From positions 39,035 to 103,034 of the forward strand of contig DJAM01000020.1 of the NCBI GenBank assembly GCA_002429595.1: DNA of 64,000 nt, read 5' to 3'. Positions within the stretch are counted from its first letter, which is position 1. Each line of letters opens with the position of its first letter. Made by a program: the position numbers and the translations under genes. The notes under the pieces were generated by a model. The model was not told the DNA's origin. It saw nothing but the letters and a program-made list of their open reading frames with translations, and did no database searches. Shown here piece after piece: positions 1 to 9,940 of the stretch. The DNA is from Coxiellaceae bacterium UBA6002 (lineage in GTDB: Bacteria > Pseudomonadota > Gammaproteobacteria > UBA6002).

Positions 1-494
1 TGCTAAAACTTGAACTTGAATTAGCCCTTAAAGAATACGATGCAAAACACCCAGAACCTTGCAGATCACCTAAAAGCAATTCTAAAGGTGAGCGGATTTT
101 TGAACATGATAATTTTCGCATTTATCTGTTAAAAGAGTATCTTAAGCATCTAAGTTCTGATGAGAATAAAAATGGCTTTGTTCATTTAAGTGATTTCTAT
201 GACTTCATTGAGCGACGCTTTTTTAAGCCAAACCGTAAAGACCATCTAGTCGCTCGCGAAATTTTTAATGAAGATTATTTTAATCGTGAAGGTGATGACG
301 TCGCAATCTTTAAACGCATAAGAAAGGGAGATGAAATTATCGATGGATTGAAAAATACTCACCAAGCTTCAATTGCAAACATGAGTTCGTTCTTTGAGAA
401 GCTTAGTTCCCTCAAGATTGATATTAGCGATGAAACTCACGACGGTGAAATACCGGCGCCAGAATCTTCTGCAACGTTAAATAAAACGTCTTGA
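1..494 (+). CDS. 3' end of a hypothetical protein (runs off the window)
   Basis: Open frame from position 3 (LKLELELALKEY...ATLNKTS) to TGA at 492-494; no family recognised. Confidence 0.7.
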   Translation, partial: LKLELELALKEYDAKHPEPCRSPKSNSKGERIFEHDNFRIYLLKEYLKHLSSDENKNGFVHLSDFYDFIERRFFKPNRKDHLVAREIFNEDYFNREGDDVAIFKRIRKGDEIIDGLKNTHQASIANMSSFFEKLSSLKIDISDETHDGEIPAPESSATLNKTS

Positions 495-584
495 AGTCTA
501 CTAGCGTCAATCTCTTGCTAGGAAAATTACCTTCACAATAATATAATGTGCGTTTTTTTGAAGCTAACTTCTTTCGGAAATTTT

Positions 585-1304
585 ATGACTAAAAATGGAA
601 CGAATTTAATTGATGTCATAAGCTTAAGCCACCAATGTTGTGCGGCACCCATCAAAGGCGACTTAAAATATTCTTATGAGGATAATTTCATCGGCCGGCC
701 GATTGCCGGTTACCAGGATGGTGTTCGCGATGTTTGTCTTTTAGCACCGCAAGCAGCGAAGATGTTGTGCAAAGTACAAAATTTTTTGGTTTTAGAACAT
801 CAATTGAGTTTAATTGTATTAGATGCCTATAGACCATTAAGAGCAATTCGTGACTTTGTAAAATGGTTTGATGAAGCACCAACGGAACATGAACTACAAC
901 GCAAACAAATACACTACCCTGCTCTACCCAAAAATCAATTGGCAGAGCACGGCTATATTGCAGAAGGCATTTCTAATCATTGCTATGGTCAAGCGGTTGA
1001 TGTCTGTCTCAGTGATTTAAATTCTCAAGTTGAACTTGATATGGGCAGTTGCTTTGATTATTTCGATGAGCTCTCTCATTCAACCCAGCCAGAAAATGTG
1101 ATCGGAAAAATTCCGTATCAAAATAGAAAAAATTTACAAGTTGCGATGGAACAATTTGGTTTCATTGTTCACCCAAAAGAATATTGGCATTTTGATTTTC
1201 ACATTCGTGAAAATTTAGATCCGTTCGATATTATCATTGACGAAACCGTACGCGGTTTAAATGTTGTTATGAATGAAGTCAGCACAGAAGGCGCCCAAAG
1301 ATGA
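585..1304 (+). CDS. D-alanyl-D-alanine dipeptidase (VanX/DdpX, peptidase M15D)
   Basis: NFIGRPI, DAYRP, SNHCYGQAVD, DMGSCFD, EYWHF motifs; likely ATG 585 (ORF track starts 546). Confidence 0.85.
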   Translation: MTKNGTNLIDVISLSHQCCAAPIKGDLKYSYEDNFIGRPIAGYQDGVRDVCLLAPQAAKMLCKVQNFLVLEHQLSLIVLDAYRPLRAIRDFVKWFDEAPTEHELQRKQIHYPALPKNQLAEHGYIAEGISNHCYGQAVDVCLSDLNSQVELDMGSCFDYFDELSHSTQPENVIGKIPYQNRKNLQVAMEQFGFIVHPKEYWHFDFHIRENLDPFDIIIDETVRGLNVVMNEVSTEGAQR

Positions 1305-2953
1305 AACAATTTATTTGCACCATGCACAATGTGCGCAACAAGATTTTAAAAGGAATTTATTTATCATTTTATTACGGCGCTAAGATTGGTGTACTGGGAA
1401 TTAATGGCGCCGGAAAATCAACGTTATTAAAAATCATGGCCGGAGTCAGTAAAGATTTTGATGGTGAGATGACCATGCAACCGGGTATTAAGGTCGGTTA
1501 TTTACCACAAGAGCCCGAACTTGATCCCAATAAAAAAGTGATTGATCTCATTCAAGAAGGCATCGGTGATTTAAAAAAGTTACTGGAACGATTCGATCAA
1601 ATTAGCCAGCGTTTCTGCGAGGAAATTTCTGAAGATGAAATGAATGCTTTGTTAGAAGAACAAGGTAATTTACAAAATGCGATTGATCTAGCAGGCGGCT
1701 GGGAAATCGATCGTAAACTTGAGATTGCTCAAGATGCATTAAGATTACCACCACCTGAGACCTTAGCCGGTGTTTTATCGGGTGGTGAAAAACGACGTGT
1801 GGCACTGTGTCGTTTATTATTATCCAATCCGGATGTTTTATTACTCGATGAACCAACTAACCATTTAGACGCGGAAAGTGTTGCCTGGTTAGAGCGGTAC
1901 TTAAAAGAATTCAAAGGAACCGTCATCGCAATTACTCACGATCGTTATTTCTTAGATAACGTTGCCGGTTGGATTTTAGAATTAGATCGCGGTCATGGTA
2001 TTCCGTTTGAAGGTAATTACAGTTCATGGTTAGAACAAAAAGAAAAACGTATTGCAACTGAAGAACGTCAAGAAGCAGCCCGACAAAAAACCATCAAACA
2101 AGAGCTAGAATGGGTACGCAGTAACCCCAAAGGTCGTCAAGCAAAAAGCAAAGCACGTCTTGCTCAATTTGAAGAACTGATGTCAAAAGACTATCAGAAA
2201 CAATGCGAAACTGCTTCGCTTTATATCCCACCCGGACCACGTTTAGGCGACTTGGTTATTGAGGTCGATAGCTTGAGCAAACGCTACGAAGAGAAAGTTC
2301 TCATTGATAATTTGTCATTCAAAATTCCAAAAGGTTCGATCACCGGTATTATTGGTGGTAACGGCGCCGGCAAATCAACATTATTAAAATTATTAACGCA
2401 AACGCTCGAACCAGACAATGGCAGCATTCGTATTGGCGATACCGTCAAATTAATCTCCATTGAACAAGGCCGGATATTAGATGACAGCAAAACGGTCTGG
2501 CAGGAAATCTCCGAAGGGTTAGAAAACTTAACGATTGGTAATTATCAAATTCCGTCACGCGCTTATGTCAGCCGTTTTAACTTTAAAGGCAACGACCAAC
2601 AAAAAATGATCCGTGATCTATCAGGCGGTGAACGAAACCGCGTGCACTTAGCAAAAATTTTGCGCGGTGGCGGCAACGTGTTATTACTCGATGAACCGAC
2701 CAATGATTTAGACGTTGAAACACTGCGCGCACTGGAAGATGCCATTTTAGCATTTCCAGGTTCAGTGCTAGTTGTTTCCCACGATCGCTGGTTTCTCGAT
2801 CGAATCACCACCCACATGCTTGCCTTTGAAGATGAAAGCCGCTGCGTTTGGTTTGAAGGAAACTACAGTGAGTACGAAAATGATCGAATTAACCGTTTAG
2901 GCGAGGCGGCGAAGCAGCCACATCGGGTTAAGTATCGACGGTTGCAGGATTGA
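1301..2953 (+). CDS. ettA: Energy-dependent translational throttle protein EttA (ABC-F)
   Basis: Two ABC domains (GxNGAGKST, LSGGE, LLLDEPTN), ELEWVRSNPKGRQAKSKARL linker, PHRVKYRRL C-terminus. Confidence 0.95.
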   Translation: MKQFICTMHNVRNKILKGIYLSFYYGAKIGVLGINGAGKSTLLKIMAGVSKDFDGEMTMQPGIKVGYLPQEPELDPNKKVIDLIQEGIGDLKKLLERFDQISQRFCEEISEDEMNALLEEQGNLQNAIDLAGGWEIDRKLEIAQDALRLPPPETLAGVLSGGEKRRVALCRLLLSNPDVLLLDEPTNHLDAESVAWLERYLKEFKGTVIAITHDRYFLDNVAGWILELDRGHGIPFEGNYSSWLEQKEKRIATEERQEAARQKTIKQELEWVRSNPKGRQAKSKARLAQFEELMSKDYQKQCETASLYIPPGPRLGDLVIEVDSLSKRYEEKVLIDNLSFKIPKGSITGIIGGNGAGKSTLLKLLTQTLEPDNGSIRIGDTVKLISIEQGRILDDSKTVWQEISEGLENLTIGNYQIPSRAYVSRFNFKGNDQQKMIRDLSGGERNRVHLAKILRGGGNVLLLDEPTNDLDVETLRALEDAILAFPGSVLVVSHDRWFLDRITTHMLAFEDESRCVWFEGNYSEYENDRINRLGEAAKQPHRVKYRRLQD

Positions 2954-2954
2954 A
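2506..2954 (+). repeat. Direct repeat copy 1 (3' ~450 bp of ettA)
   Basis: Aligns by eye with 3614-4061; about 30 substitutions, all synonymous in the shared 140 codons. Confidence 0.95.
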
Positions 2955-3006
2955 ACTGCTTTAATTAATCTTAATTAATATAGATTGAATAATCCAGTAA
3001 CATTTG

Positions 3007-3023
3007 TCATACTTTTGGTATGA
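3007..3023. promoter_or_regulatory. Inverted repeat TCATAC-N5-GTATGA, likely TA autorepression operator
   Basis: Palindrome overlapping a TATGAT -10-like hexamer about 30 nt before the antitoxin ATG. Confidence 0.55.
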
Positions 3024-3050
3024 TAAAAACTGTCTTTATATAGGTGAATT

Positions 3051-3275
3051 ATGCATACCCAAAAAGTCACTATCTCAATTCCCCAAGCTCTTTATGAGTT
3101 TGTTGAGACATATCAATCCGAGCATCACTGTAAAAGCCGCTCAGATGTAATTAGTACTGCATTGCAGCTTTTACAGCAAAAGCAACTAGAAGCATATTAT
3201 CGTGAAGCAAACCAAGAATTGAATGATGATTTTGATATCACAACAGCGGATGCCTTAGAAGATGAAACGTGGTGA
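3051..3275 (+). CDS. Ribbon-helix-helix antitoxin (MazE/NdoAI-like)
   Basis: KVTISIP...SRSDVI RHH pattern, acidic C-terminus (ADALEDETW), overlaps the toxin start. Confidence 0.85.
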   Translation: MHTQKVTISIPQALYEFVETYQSEHHCKSRSDVISTALQLLQQKQLEAYYREANQELNDDFDITTADALEDETW

Positions 3276-3600
3276 AATCTATTTTGCAAGTTTAGATCCA
3301 ACGATAGGTTCTGAGATTAAAAAAACAAGACCCGTATTAATAGTCAGCAATGATGCTAATAATAGAGCCGCAACAACTATTACAGTCATACCTATCACAT
3401 CAAATACAAATAAAGTATTTCCCTTCGAAGTTTTGCTGAAACCAGAAAGCTCAGGTTTGGCAAAAGAATCAAAAGCACAATGTCATCAAGTCAGAACTAT
3501 CTCAAAATTAAGAATTACTGGTAAAAGAATTGGTAATATTTCTATCAAAATTATGCTATTGATCGACGATGCTTTAAAACTTCACCTTAATTTGCATTGA
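3262..3600 (+). CDS. mazF: MazF/PemK family endoribonuclease toxin
   Basis: MKRGEIY..LDPTIGSEIKKTRPVLIVSND...VIPITS, QVRTISKLR. Confidence 0.92.
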   Translation: MKRGEIYFASLDPTIGSEIKKTRPVLIVSNDANNRAATTITVIPITSNTNKVFPFEVLLKPESSGLAKESKAQCHQVRTISKLRITGKRIGNISIKIMLLIDDALKLHLNLH

Positions 3601-3613
3601 TATTTTTTCCTTC

Positions 3614-4061
3614 AATCTCCAAAGATTAGAAAATTTGACTATTGGTAATTATCAAATCCCGTCACGCGCTTATGTCAGCCGTTTTAACTTTAAAGGCAAC
3701 GACCAACAAAAAATGATCCGCGATCTATCTGGCGGTGAACGAAATCGCGTGCACTTAGCAAAAATTCTACGCGGTGGCGGCAATGTGTTATTACTCGATG
3801 AGCCAACCAATGATTTAGACGTTGAAACATTGCGCGCGCTGGAAGATGCAATTTTAGCATTCCCAGGTTCAGTGTTGGTGGTTTCTCATGATCGTTGGTT
3901 CCTAGATCGAATCACTACCCACATGCTCGCGTTCGAAGACGAAAGCCGCTGCGTTTGGTTTGAAGGAAACTACAGTGAGTATGAAAATGATCGAATTAAC
4001 CGTCTAGGCGAGGCGGCGAAGCAGCCACATCGGGTTAAGTATCGACGGTTGCAGGATTGAA
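3614..4061 (+). pseudogene. ettA: Truncated duplicate of the ettA 3' end (repeat copy 2)
   Basis: Encodes TIGNYQIP...YRRLQD identical to the last 140 aa of EttA; lacks the 5' part and Walker A. Confidence 0.9.
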
Positions 4062-4181
4062 CAATAACTTAAACTATTCACTTTATCGAAATAATTCAGC
4101 CATTAGGAATAAACACCTTTTATTCTGTGTTAAAAAGTCTATAATATAACGAAATTCATTATATTAGGCTGTTTTTAACTC

Positions 4182-4967
4182 ATGCGAGCCTTAGAATTCA
4201 TTACCTACCTGAGGACCCAAGGACGATATTTCTTTACAATTCAAGAAGCTGAAATAGCGCTTTCGCTAAACAAAATCGCGACAATTAATGCTATCAGGCG
4301 GCTTAGACTAAAGAATCTAGTTGCAAGTCCTGCAAGAGGATTTTACGTTATTGTACCCCCCGAATATCAAGTTCTTGGTTGTTTGCCAGCAGATATGTTT
4401 ATTAGTGATCTAATGAAATATTTAGAATTGCCTTACTATGTTGGTTTTTTAAGCGCGGCGCAATATTTTGGGGCCGCTCACCAAAAGCCCCAAGTATTTC
4501 AAATTGTAACCTCTAAAAACAGAGAAGCATTCAAGTGTGGGAAGGTGGGTGTAGAATTCATCACTAACAAATACGCGAGTCAAATACCGTTCAAAGAATT
4601 TAATTCTCAGGCTGGAGTACTTAAAGTTGCAACTCCTGAGGCAATCGCAAAAGATATCATTACCATGCCCCAATACGCAGCAGGCATCAGTAATGTTGCA
4701 ACGGTATTGATTGAACTGGCTGAACAGATTAATGTAAACAAAATAATACAGTTAATGAACATAAATTCTGAATTATTCTGGGTACAACGTCTTGGCTATC
4801 TATTTGATTTTCTAAACTTGAATAAACTGAGTGCAGAACTTTACAAGCATGTAAAGACAAAGAAATTACACTGGGTAAGATTAGTAGCAAAAGCACCTTA
4901 TAAGCCTTTATCGCGAAACAAAAAATGGAAGATAATTGTAAATACCAACGTGGAGCCAGATGAATGA
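4182..4967 (+). CDS. Type IV TA antitoxin, AbiEi family
   Basis: GRYFFT, RGFYVIVPPEY, YYVGFLSAAQYFGAAHQKPQ, VATPE, QRLGYL motifs. Confidence 0.9.
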   Translation: MRALEFITYLRTQGRYFFTIQEAEIALSLNKIATINAIRRLRLKNLVASPARGFYVIVPPEYQVLGCLPADMFISDLMKYLELPYYVGFLSAAQYFGAAHQKPQVFQIVTSKNREAFKCGKVGVEFITNKYASQIPFKEFNSQAGVLKVATPEAIAKDIITMPQYAAGISNVATVLIELAEQINVNKIIQLMNINSELFWVQRLGYLFDFLNLNKLSAELYKHVKTKKLHWVRLVAKAPYKPLSRNKKWKIIVNTNVEPDE

Positions 4968-5839
4968 TACCATTTGGACATATTACAGCATGGCGATTAA
5001 ACGCTCCTTGGCCAGATACAATGCAAGTAGAACAAGATTTAATCTTGTCTCGCATTCTAGTTGAAATTTTTTCGGATCCATTATTAAACAGAGAACTTGC
5101 GTTCCGAGGTGGAACAGCTCTTCATAAGTTATTTATTCAGCCACCAGCGAGATACAGTGAAGATATTGACCTAGTACGCACATCTAATGGACCTATTTCT
5201 AACATTGCTGATTGTTTAAGAAGCCACATCGATCCATGGCTAGGAAAACCTAAAATCAAGCAAAATGATATGAGCTTTAAATTCCTCTACCGCTTTAGTC
5301 CTGAAGGAGCCGCGCCAGAGACGAAATTTCGTATTAAAATAGAAATCAATATACAAGAAACCTTTGCGATCTCTGAACGTTTCAATAAAAAGTTTTCTGT
5401 ACAATCAGATTGGTTTTCCGGTGAAGCTAGAGTTAATACTTTTCAACTGGAAGAGATACTTGCTGCAAAGTTAAGAGCTTTGTACCAAAGAACTAAAGGT
5501 CGAGATTTATTTGATTTATGGCACACAATTACTCAAATAAATGTAGATATACCTAAGGTAATAGAGATATTTCATTTATACATGCGAAAAAATAATCATT
5601 TTATCTCTAGAGCATTATTCGAAAAGAATCTAGAGATGAAATTAACTAATCAGTTATTTTTAGAGGATATTGGAATATTGTTATCCCCAAATCTAAAGAA
5701 ATCTCACGCTTCAAATCTGATTACGGAAGACCAGAATATAATTCTAACTGAGAAGGGAAATCGATTATTGACTGAAGGATGGAGTTTATTTGATGCGGCT
5801 GCAAAAATAAAAGACACAGTACTGTGTCATCTAAGTTAG
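4964..5839 (+). CDS. Type IV TA toxin, AbiEii/AbiGii nucleotidyltransferase
   Basis: QVEQDL, LAFRGGTALHKL, RYSEDIDL, KLRALYQRxKGRDLFDL; ATGA overlap with the antitoxin. Confidence 0.92.
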   Translation: MIPFGHITAWRLNAPWPDTMQVEQDLILSRILVEIFSDPLLNRELAFRGGTALHKLFIQPPARYSEDIDLVRTSNGPISNIADCLRSHIDPWLGKPKIKQNDMSFKFLYRFSPEGAAPETKFRIKIEINIQETFAISERFNKKFSVQSDWFSGEARVNTFQLEEILAAKLRALYQRTKGRDLFDLWHTITQINVDIPKVIEIFHLYMRKNNHFISRALFEKNLEMKLTNQLFLEDIGILLSPNLKKSHASNLITEDQNIILTEKGNRLLTEGWSLFDAAAKIKDTVLCHLS

Positions 5840-5913
5840 TAGAAGATTATACAATTTGAAATATTTTTTAAAAATATGTTGCGAAAGTTTATTTGAAAAC
5901 AGCGAAATGCTTC

Positions 5914-6702
5914 TCACCAAGAAAATCCTAACTTCTTAAATACACCTTCTAAGATTTCAAGATTGTGAAAATCAATTTCCAGTTTTCCTTTGGCGTTTTC
6001 CCAATCAATATTAACCTGACAGCCGATGTGATCCGCTAACGCTCGTTCTAGCGCTTGGATGTTAACGTCTTTGAATTGTTTGCTTTCTTTGGGTGTTGAG
6101 AGTTTGCGGGCTTCTTGTTCAAGTTTGCGAACGCTCCAGCAGTTTTTGACTGACTTGGTGGCGAGTTCATACTGAAGGTTAGCGCTGAGTCCTGCTAGAA
6201 TCTTGCCGTGTCCTCCTGATAAGATTTCTTCCATGAGCAGCTTTTGGACGCGTGGATCTAGTTTTAGCATGCGCAGTGAATTAGTGATTGTCACGCGCGA
6301 TTTTCCGACGGCGGCGGCGATTTCTTCATGAATATAGCCGAAATCGTTGATGAGTCTTTGATAGGCTTGGGCTTCCTCAATTGGATTTAAGTCGGTGCGC
6401 GCAACATTTTCAATAATCGCCGCCTCAAGTGCTTCTAAGTCACTCGTTTCTCGTAGGACACAACTGACCTTGTCGAACTGGGCCAGCATGGCGGCACGCC
6501 AACGGCGCTCGCCGGCGATGATTTCGAATTTTTCTGGGTTAAGCATGCGTACCACGATGGGTTGTAATAAACCGTTGGTCGTTTTAATCGCTTCGGCTAA
6601 TTCTTGGAGCTTTTCTTCATCAAAATGTTGCCGGGGCTGAAAACGCCCAGGTACCAGCTGTTCGATCGGAATTTCTCGCAGTTGTGCTTTCGTTTTCATC
6701 AT
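5914..6702 (-). CDS. ParB/Spo0J family partition protein (no adjacent parA)
   Basis: FQPRQHF, IIAGERRWRAA, IIENVARTDLNPIEEA, HTH GKSRVTITNSLRMLKL. Confidence 0.9.
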   Translation of the reverse strand: MMKTKAQLREIPIEQLVPGRFQPRQHFDEEKLQELAEAIKTTNGLLQPIVVRMLNPEKFEIIAGERRWRAAMLAQFDKVSCVLRETSDLEALEAAIIENVARTDLNPIEEAQAYQRLINDFGYIHEEIAAAVGKSRVTITNSLRMLKLDPRVQKLLMEEILSGGHGKILAGLSANLQYELATKSVKNCWSVRKLEQEARKLSTPKESKQFKDVNIQALERALADHIGCQVNIDWENAKGKLEIDFHNLEILEGVFKKLGFSW

Positions 6703-6779
6703 GACTCAATCAATAAATAAAAATCATTTTGTAAGATTAGATAAGTAAAATCAAGCCCGTAAAAATCACTGCTCTTATT

Positions 6780-8099
6780 TCAAACGGAGATGTGGTTGGT
6801 CATCGACACTTTTTTGTGAGGAATTAATTTAACTAATTCAATTCTGGGGCCATTTACTTTCAACACTTGTAGATCAAACTTTGAAAATGGGACAACTTCA
6901 TGCGTTTCTGGCATTCGTTCTAACCGCGATAGGATCAAGCCACTGACCGTGTTGCTCTCATCTTGTAAATCAATATCTAATAAACGCTCAATGGTGTACA
7001 ACGAGGTATAACCAAACATAATATAATTACCCTCTTTCGTTAAGAACCAATCACGATGCGGTGTAATAAATTCATCACTAATACTGCCTAATGCTTCGCT
7101 CAAAATATCGTCCAAGGTCACAAAACCGACTGCCTTTCCTACTTCATTGACAATGATAGCAAATTGCGCTGAGCCTCTTCTAAATTCATGAAAGATTTCA
7201 ATAGCAGGTGTTTCTACGGGAAATTCTAAGATAGGTCGTTTCAACTCCGACATAGTTGGCATCGGTTTTTTTTGCAAACTATGTTCGAGCAAATCTTTAC
7301 TATGCAAAACGCCAATAATTTTATCGTGATCATTACCCTCATAAATTGGATAACGAGTAAAATGATATTTGGTAATCGTATTCAAAATTTCGCCGATAGA
7401 TTCATTCGCGGCCACTAATTTGAGTTCATGAATTGGTCGCATCACGTCGGCCACTGTTAGTTCAGTAAAGTCTAAAACGCGATTCAAAATGCGTAAATCC
7501 TCTTTGCTCAAATCATCGTGCATGTGACTGGCGGTTAAGATAACCTTGAGCTCATCAGCAGAATAAACATGTTCAGTTTGTTTTTGTTGAATGCCCATTA
7601 AGCGTAAGATTTGACCAGCACTTTTATTCAACAACCAAATTAACGGATACATGACATGATAAAAATAATAAAGCGGAATAGCGGTCAATAACGCAATTTG
7701 TTCAACTTTACGAATAGCCAACGATTTAGGGGCTAATTCGCCCACCACTATGTGCAAATAGGAAATGATGAAAAAAGCAACGGTAAATGAAAGTAACGTC
7801 GCAGCAGCACGTGCGATCTCAAAGTTATGAAAAATTTTTTCAAAGAGGTCGGCAAAAGCAGGCTCACCGATCCAACCTAAACCTAAAGAGGCTAAGGTGA
7901 TGCCAAGCTGGCACGCCGACAAGTATTCGTCCATTTGGCTGTGCATTTTTTTTAAAATACGAACTCGAAAACCTTCTTGAGCTTTTAATGCCAGAAGCTG
8001 CGAACCTCGAATTTTCACTAAAGCAAATTCTGCTGCTACAAAGAATCCGTTTAGCAAAACCAAAGTTAACGCTAATAAAATTAAGATCGCTATCGTCAT
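6780..8099 (-). CDS. CNNM/CBS/CorC domain protein (HlyC/CorC hemolysin family)
   Basis: NGFFVAAEFALV, QLGITLASLGLGWIGEP, HIVVGELAPKS, CBS pair. Confidence 0.9.
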   Translation of the reverse strand: MTIAILILLALTLVLLNGFFVAAEFALVKIRGSQLLALKAQEGFRVRILKKMHSQMDEYLSACQLGITLASLGLGWIGEPAFADLFEKIFHNFEIARAAATLLSFTVAFFIISYLHIVVGELAPKSLAIRKVEQIALLTAIPLYYFYHVMYPLIWLLNKSAGQILRLMGIQQKQTEHVYSADELKVILTASHMHDDLSKEDLRILNRVLDFTELTVADVMRPIHELKLVAANESIGEILNTITKYHFTRYPIYEGNDHDKIIGVLHSKDLLEHSLQKKPMPTMSELKRPILEFPVETPAIEIFHEFRRGSAQFAIIVNEVGKAVGFVTLDDILSEALGSISDEFITPHRDWFLTKEGNYIMFGYTSLYTIERLLDIDLQDESNTVSGLILSRLERMPETHEVVPFSKFDLQVLKVNGPRIELVKLIPHKKVSMTNHISV

Positions 8100-8152
8100 T
8101 TATTGTTCGTTAAAGGTTTTTGAACCTTCCCTTCGCACATATTTAAAAAGTG

Positions 8153-8335
8153 TTAAAAGCGCAGTGAACCAAAATGGAATAAGCCAAATGCAGACAGCAG
8201 CCACAACACTAAAACAATCAGCACAAAGATATTTAGCAATGTTTTGATTGCACCTGCCATTGGAATATAGGTATTAATTAACCACATTAACACACCGACG
8301 ATAACTAAGACTAAGATAACCGTTATTATAGACAT
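8153..8335 (-). CDS. Small two-TM membrane protein (Thivi_2564-like)
   Basis: LVIVGVLMWLINTYIPM...IKTLLN pattern; AAGGAAAG RBS. Confidence 0.75.
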   Translation of the reverse strand: MSIITVILVLVIVGVLMWLINTYIPMAGAIKTLLNIFVLIVLVLWLLSAFGLFHFGSLRF

Positions 8336-8401
8336 AGCACTTTCCTTTAGATTTTTCTCACTATAAGTTTAGTACAGGAAAGACCTAAGATACTTAAGGG
8401 A

Positions 8402-9142
8402 CTATTTTACCGGAAAATCAAAGTATTGCTTAGGGAACGGTTCATTTTTAAGGCTAAAATGCCACCATTCTTTCTCATAGGGTTCAAAGCCATGTTTTAT
8501 CATGATGTTTCTTAACAATAAGCGATTGGCATAAGCGAGTTGGCCTACTTCTCTATCACTTGGAAAGGCGGTCGGATCAAGGCAGTCATAGCCTGTGCCC
8601 ATTTCAATACTGTTATCTTGAAAACGCACATTGCGGGGAGCGTAACAATGTTGCAGCACTTGACCGTCTTGATAAGTTGCTTGTTGTAGATGGCGGGTAT
8701 CTACAATGGTGAGATCAACGGTGCTGCCTCTTGAATGTCCAGAATGCATCGCCACATAGCCTTCTTGAAACAATGATCTTTTATCTACGCGCGGATAAAA
8801 TTCGGTTTTCATTTTTTGATCCCCAGGCAATTTTGACCACGTCACAAAATCAGCGACGGCTTGCGTGGGTCGGTAACAATCGTACACTTTTAGGCTCAAA
8901 TTTTGCTTGCGTAATTGTGCTTGAACATTTTTTAAAGCAAATGCCGCCTCACGGGTTAAAATACAAGTTGCCGCTAAATAGTTTTTGATGGGTCGCCCCA
9001 CAAAATTATGATCACCGGCATAACGCATTTCTTGGATAATGGTAGGATCAACATTTTTTAGATAAACAAAATCTTTTGGTAAGTTTGCATAACTAATTTG
9101 ACTGATTAATAACGCCAAGCAAACGATCAGCAATCGTTTCAT
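8402..9142 (-). CDS. Secreted D-Ala-D-Ala dipeptidase (M15D)
   Basis: Signal peptide; [22 protein letters not shown]. Confidence 0.9.
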   Translation of the reverse strand: MKRLLIVCLALLISQISYANLPKDFVYLKNVDPTIIQEMRYAGDHNFVGRPIKNYLAATCILTREAAFALKNVQAQLRKQNLSLKVYDCYRPTQAVADFVTWSKLPGDQKMKTEFYPRVDKRSLFQEGYVAMHSGHSRGSTVDLTIVDTRHLQQATYQDGQVLQHCYAPRNVRFQDNSIEMGTGYDCLDPTAFPSDREVGQLAYANRLLLRNIMIKHGFEPYEKEWWHFSLKNEPFPKQYFDFPVK

Positions 9143-9924
9143 AACTCATCCTTTATTAATTGCTGCTCTAAATTTTTAAAATCCCAAAAATCATGATCCA
9201 TGAGTTGACTGGGTTTAAGTGCGCCAAGCGCATGCAAGATATTACTCGGCACTTTTTCATTTTCCTTCGTTAAACCATCAATCAATACTTTGACTCGTTG
9301 TCTTGCAAGGTTTTCTTGCGAACCACACAAATTACAAGGAATAATCGGAAAATTTCGTTCTTTAGCAAACGCGATGATATCTTGCTCTTGGCAATATGCG
9401 AGCGGTCTAATCACGATGTGACGTTTATTATCGCTTAACAATTTGGGCGGCATCGCACGAACTTCACCATTATATAAAATGGACATCAGTAATGTTCGAA
9501 TCAAATCATCGCGGTGATGACCTAGTGCAATTTTATTAAAGCCATGTTGTTCAGCATAGGTATAAATGATGCCCCGACGAAGACGCGAACAGAGTGAACA
9601 GTAGGTATTACCTTCGGGAATTTTATCAGTGACAATGGAATAAGTATCGCGCGTTAAAATTTCATGAGGAATGTCACTGTCATGCAACCAAGCACGAAGT
9701 GCATCATCCTGCCAACCTGGTTGGGCTTGATCCAAGGTGAAGGCAAAAATTTCAAATTTATTGTTCGAACGAATACGTAACTGATTTAAAAGCGTCAATA
9801 ACGTGAACGAGTCTTTGCCGCCCGATAGGCAAACCATCACCCGATCACCTTTTTGGATCATTTGAAAATCAGCAATACCTTTGTTGATATAGTGAATTAA
9901 TTTTTTTTCAACTTTCGATGCCAT
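9139..9924 (-). CDS. ttcA: tRNA 2-thiocytidine(32) synthetase TtcA
   Basis: SGGKDS PP-loop, [23 protein letters not shown]. Confidence 0.95.
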   Translation of the reverse strand: MASKVEKKLIHYINKGIADFQMIQKGDRVMVCLSGGKDSFTLLTLLNQLRIRSNNKFEIFAFTLDQAQPGWQDDALRAWLHDSDIPHEILTRDTYSIVTDKIPEGNTYCSLCSRLRRGIIYTYAEQHGFNKIALGHHRDDLIRTLLMSILYNGEVRAMPPKLLSDNKRHIVIRPLAYCQEQDIIAFAKERNFPIIPCNLCGSQENLARQRVKVLIDGLTKENEKVPSNILHALGALKPSQLMDHDFWDFKNLEQQLIKDEL

Positions 9925-9940
9925 AGATCTTTTTCTAAAC

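Noticed and set aside
3635-4060. 141-aa ORF as an independent ABC protein
   Set aside because: TTG start with no RBS, lacks Walker A, and is identical to the EttA C-terminus; treated as a displaced gene tail
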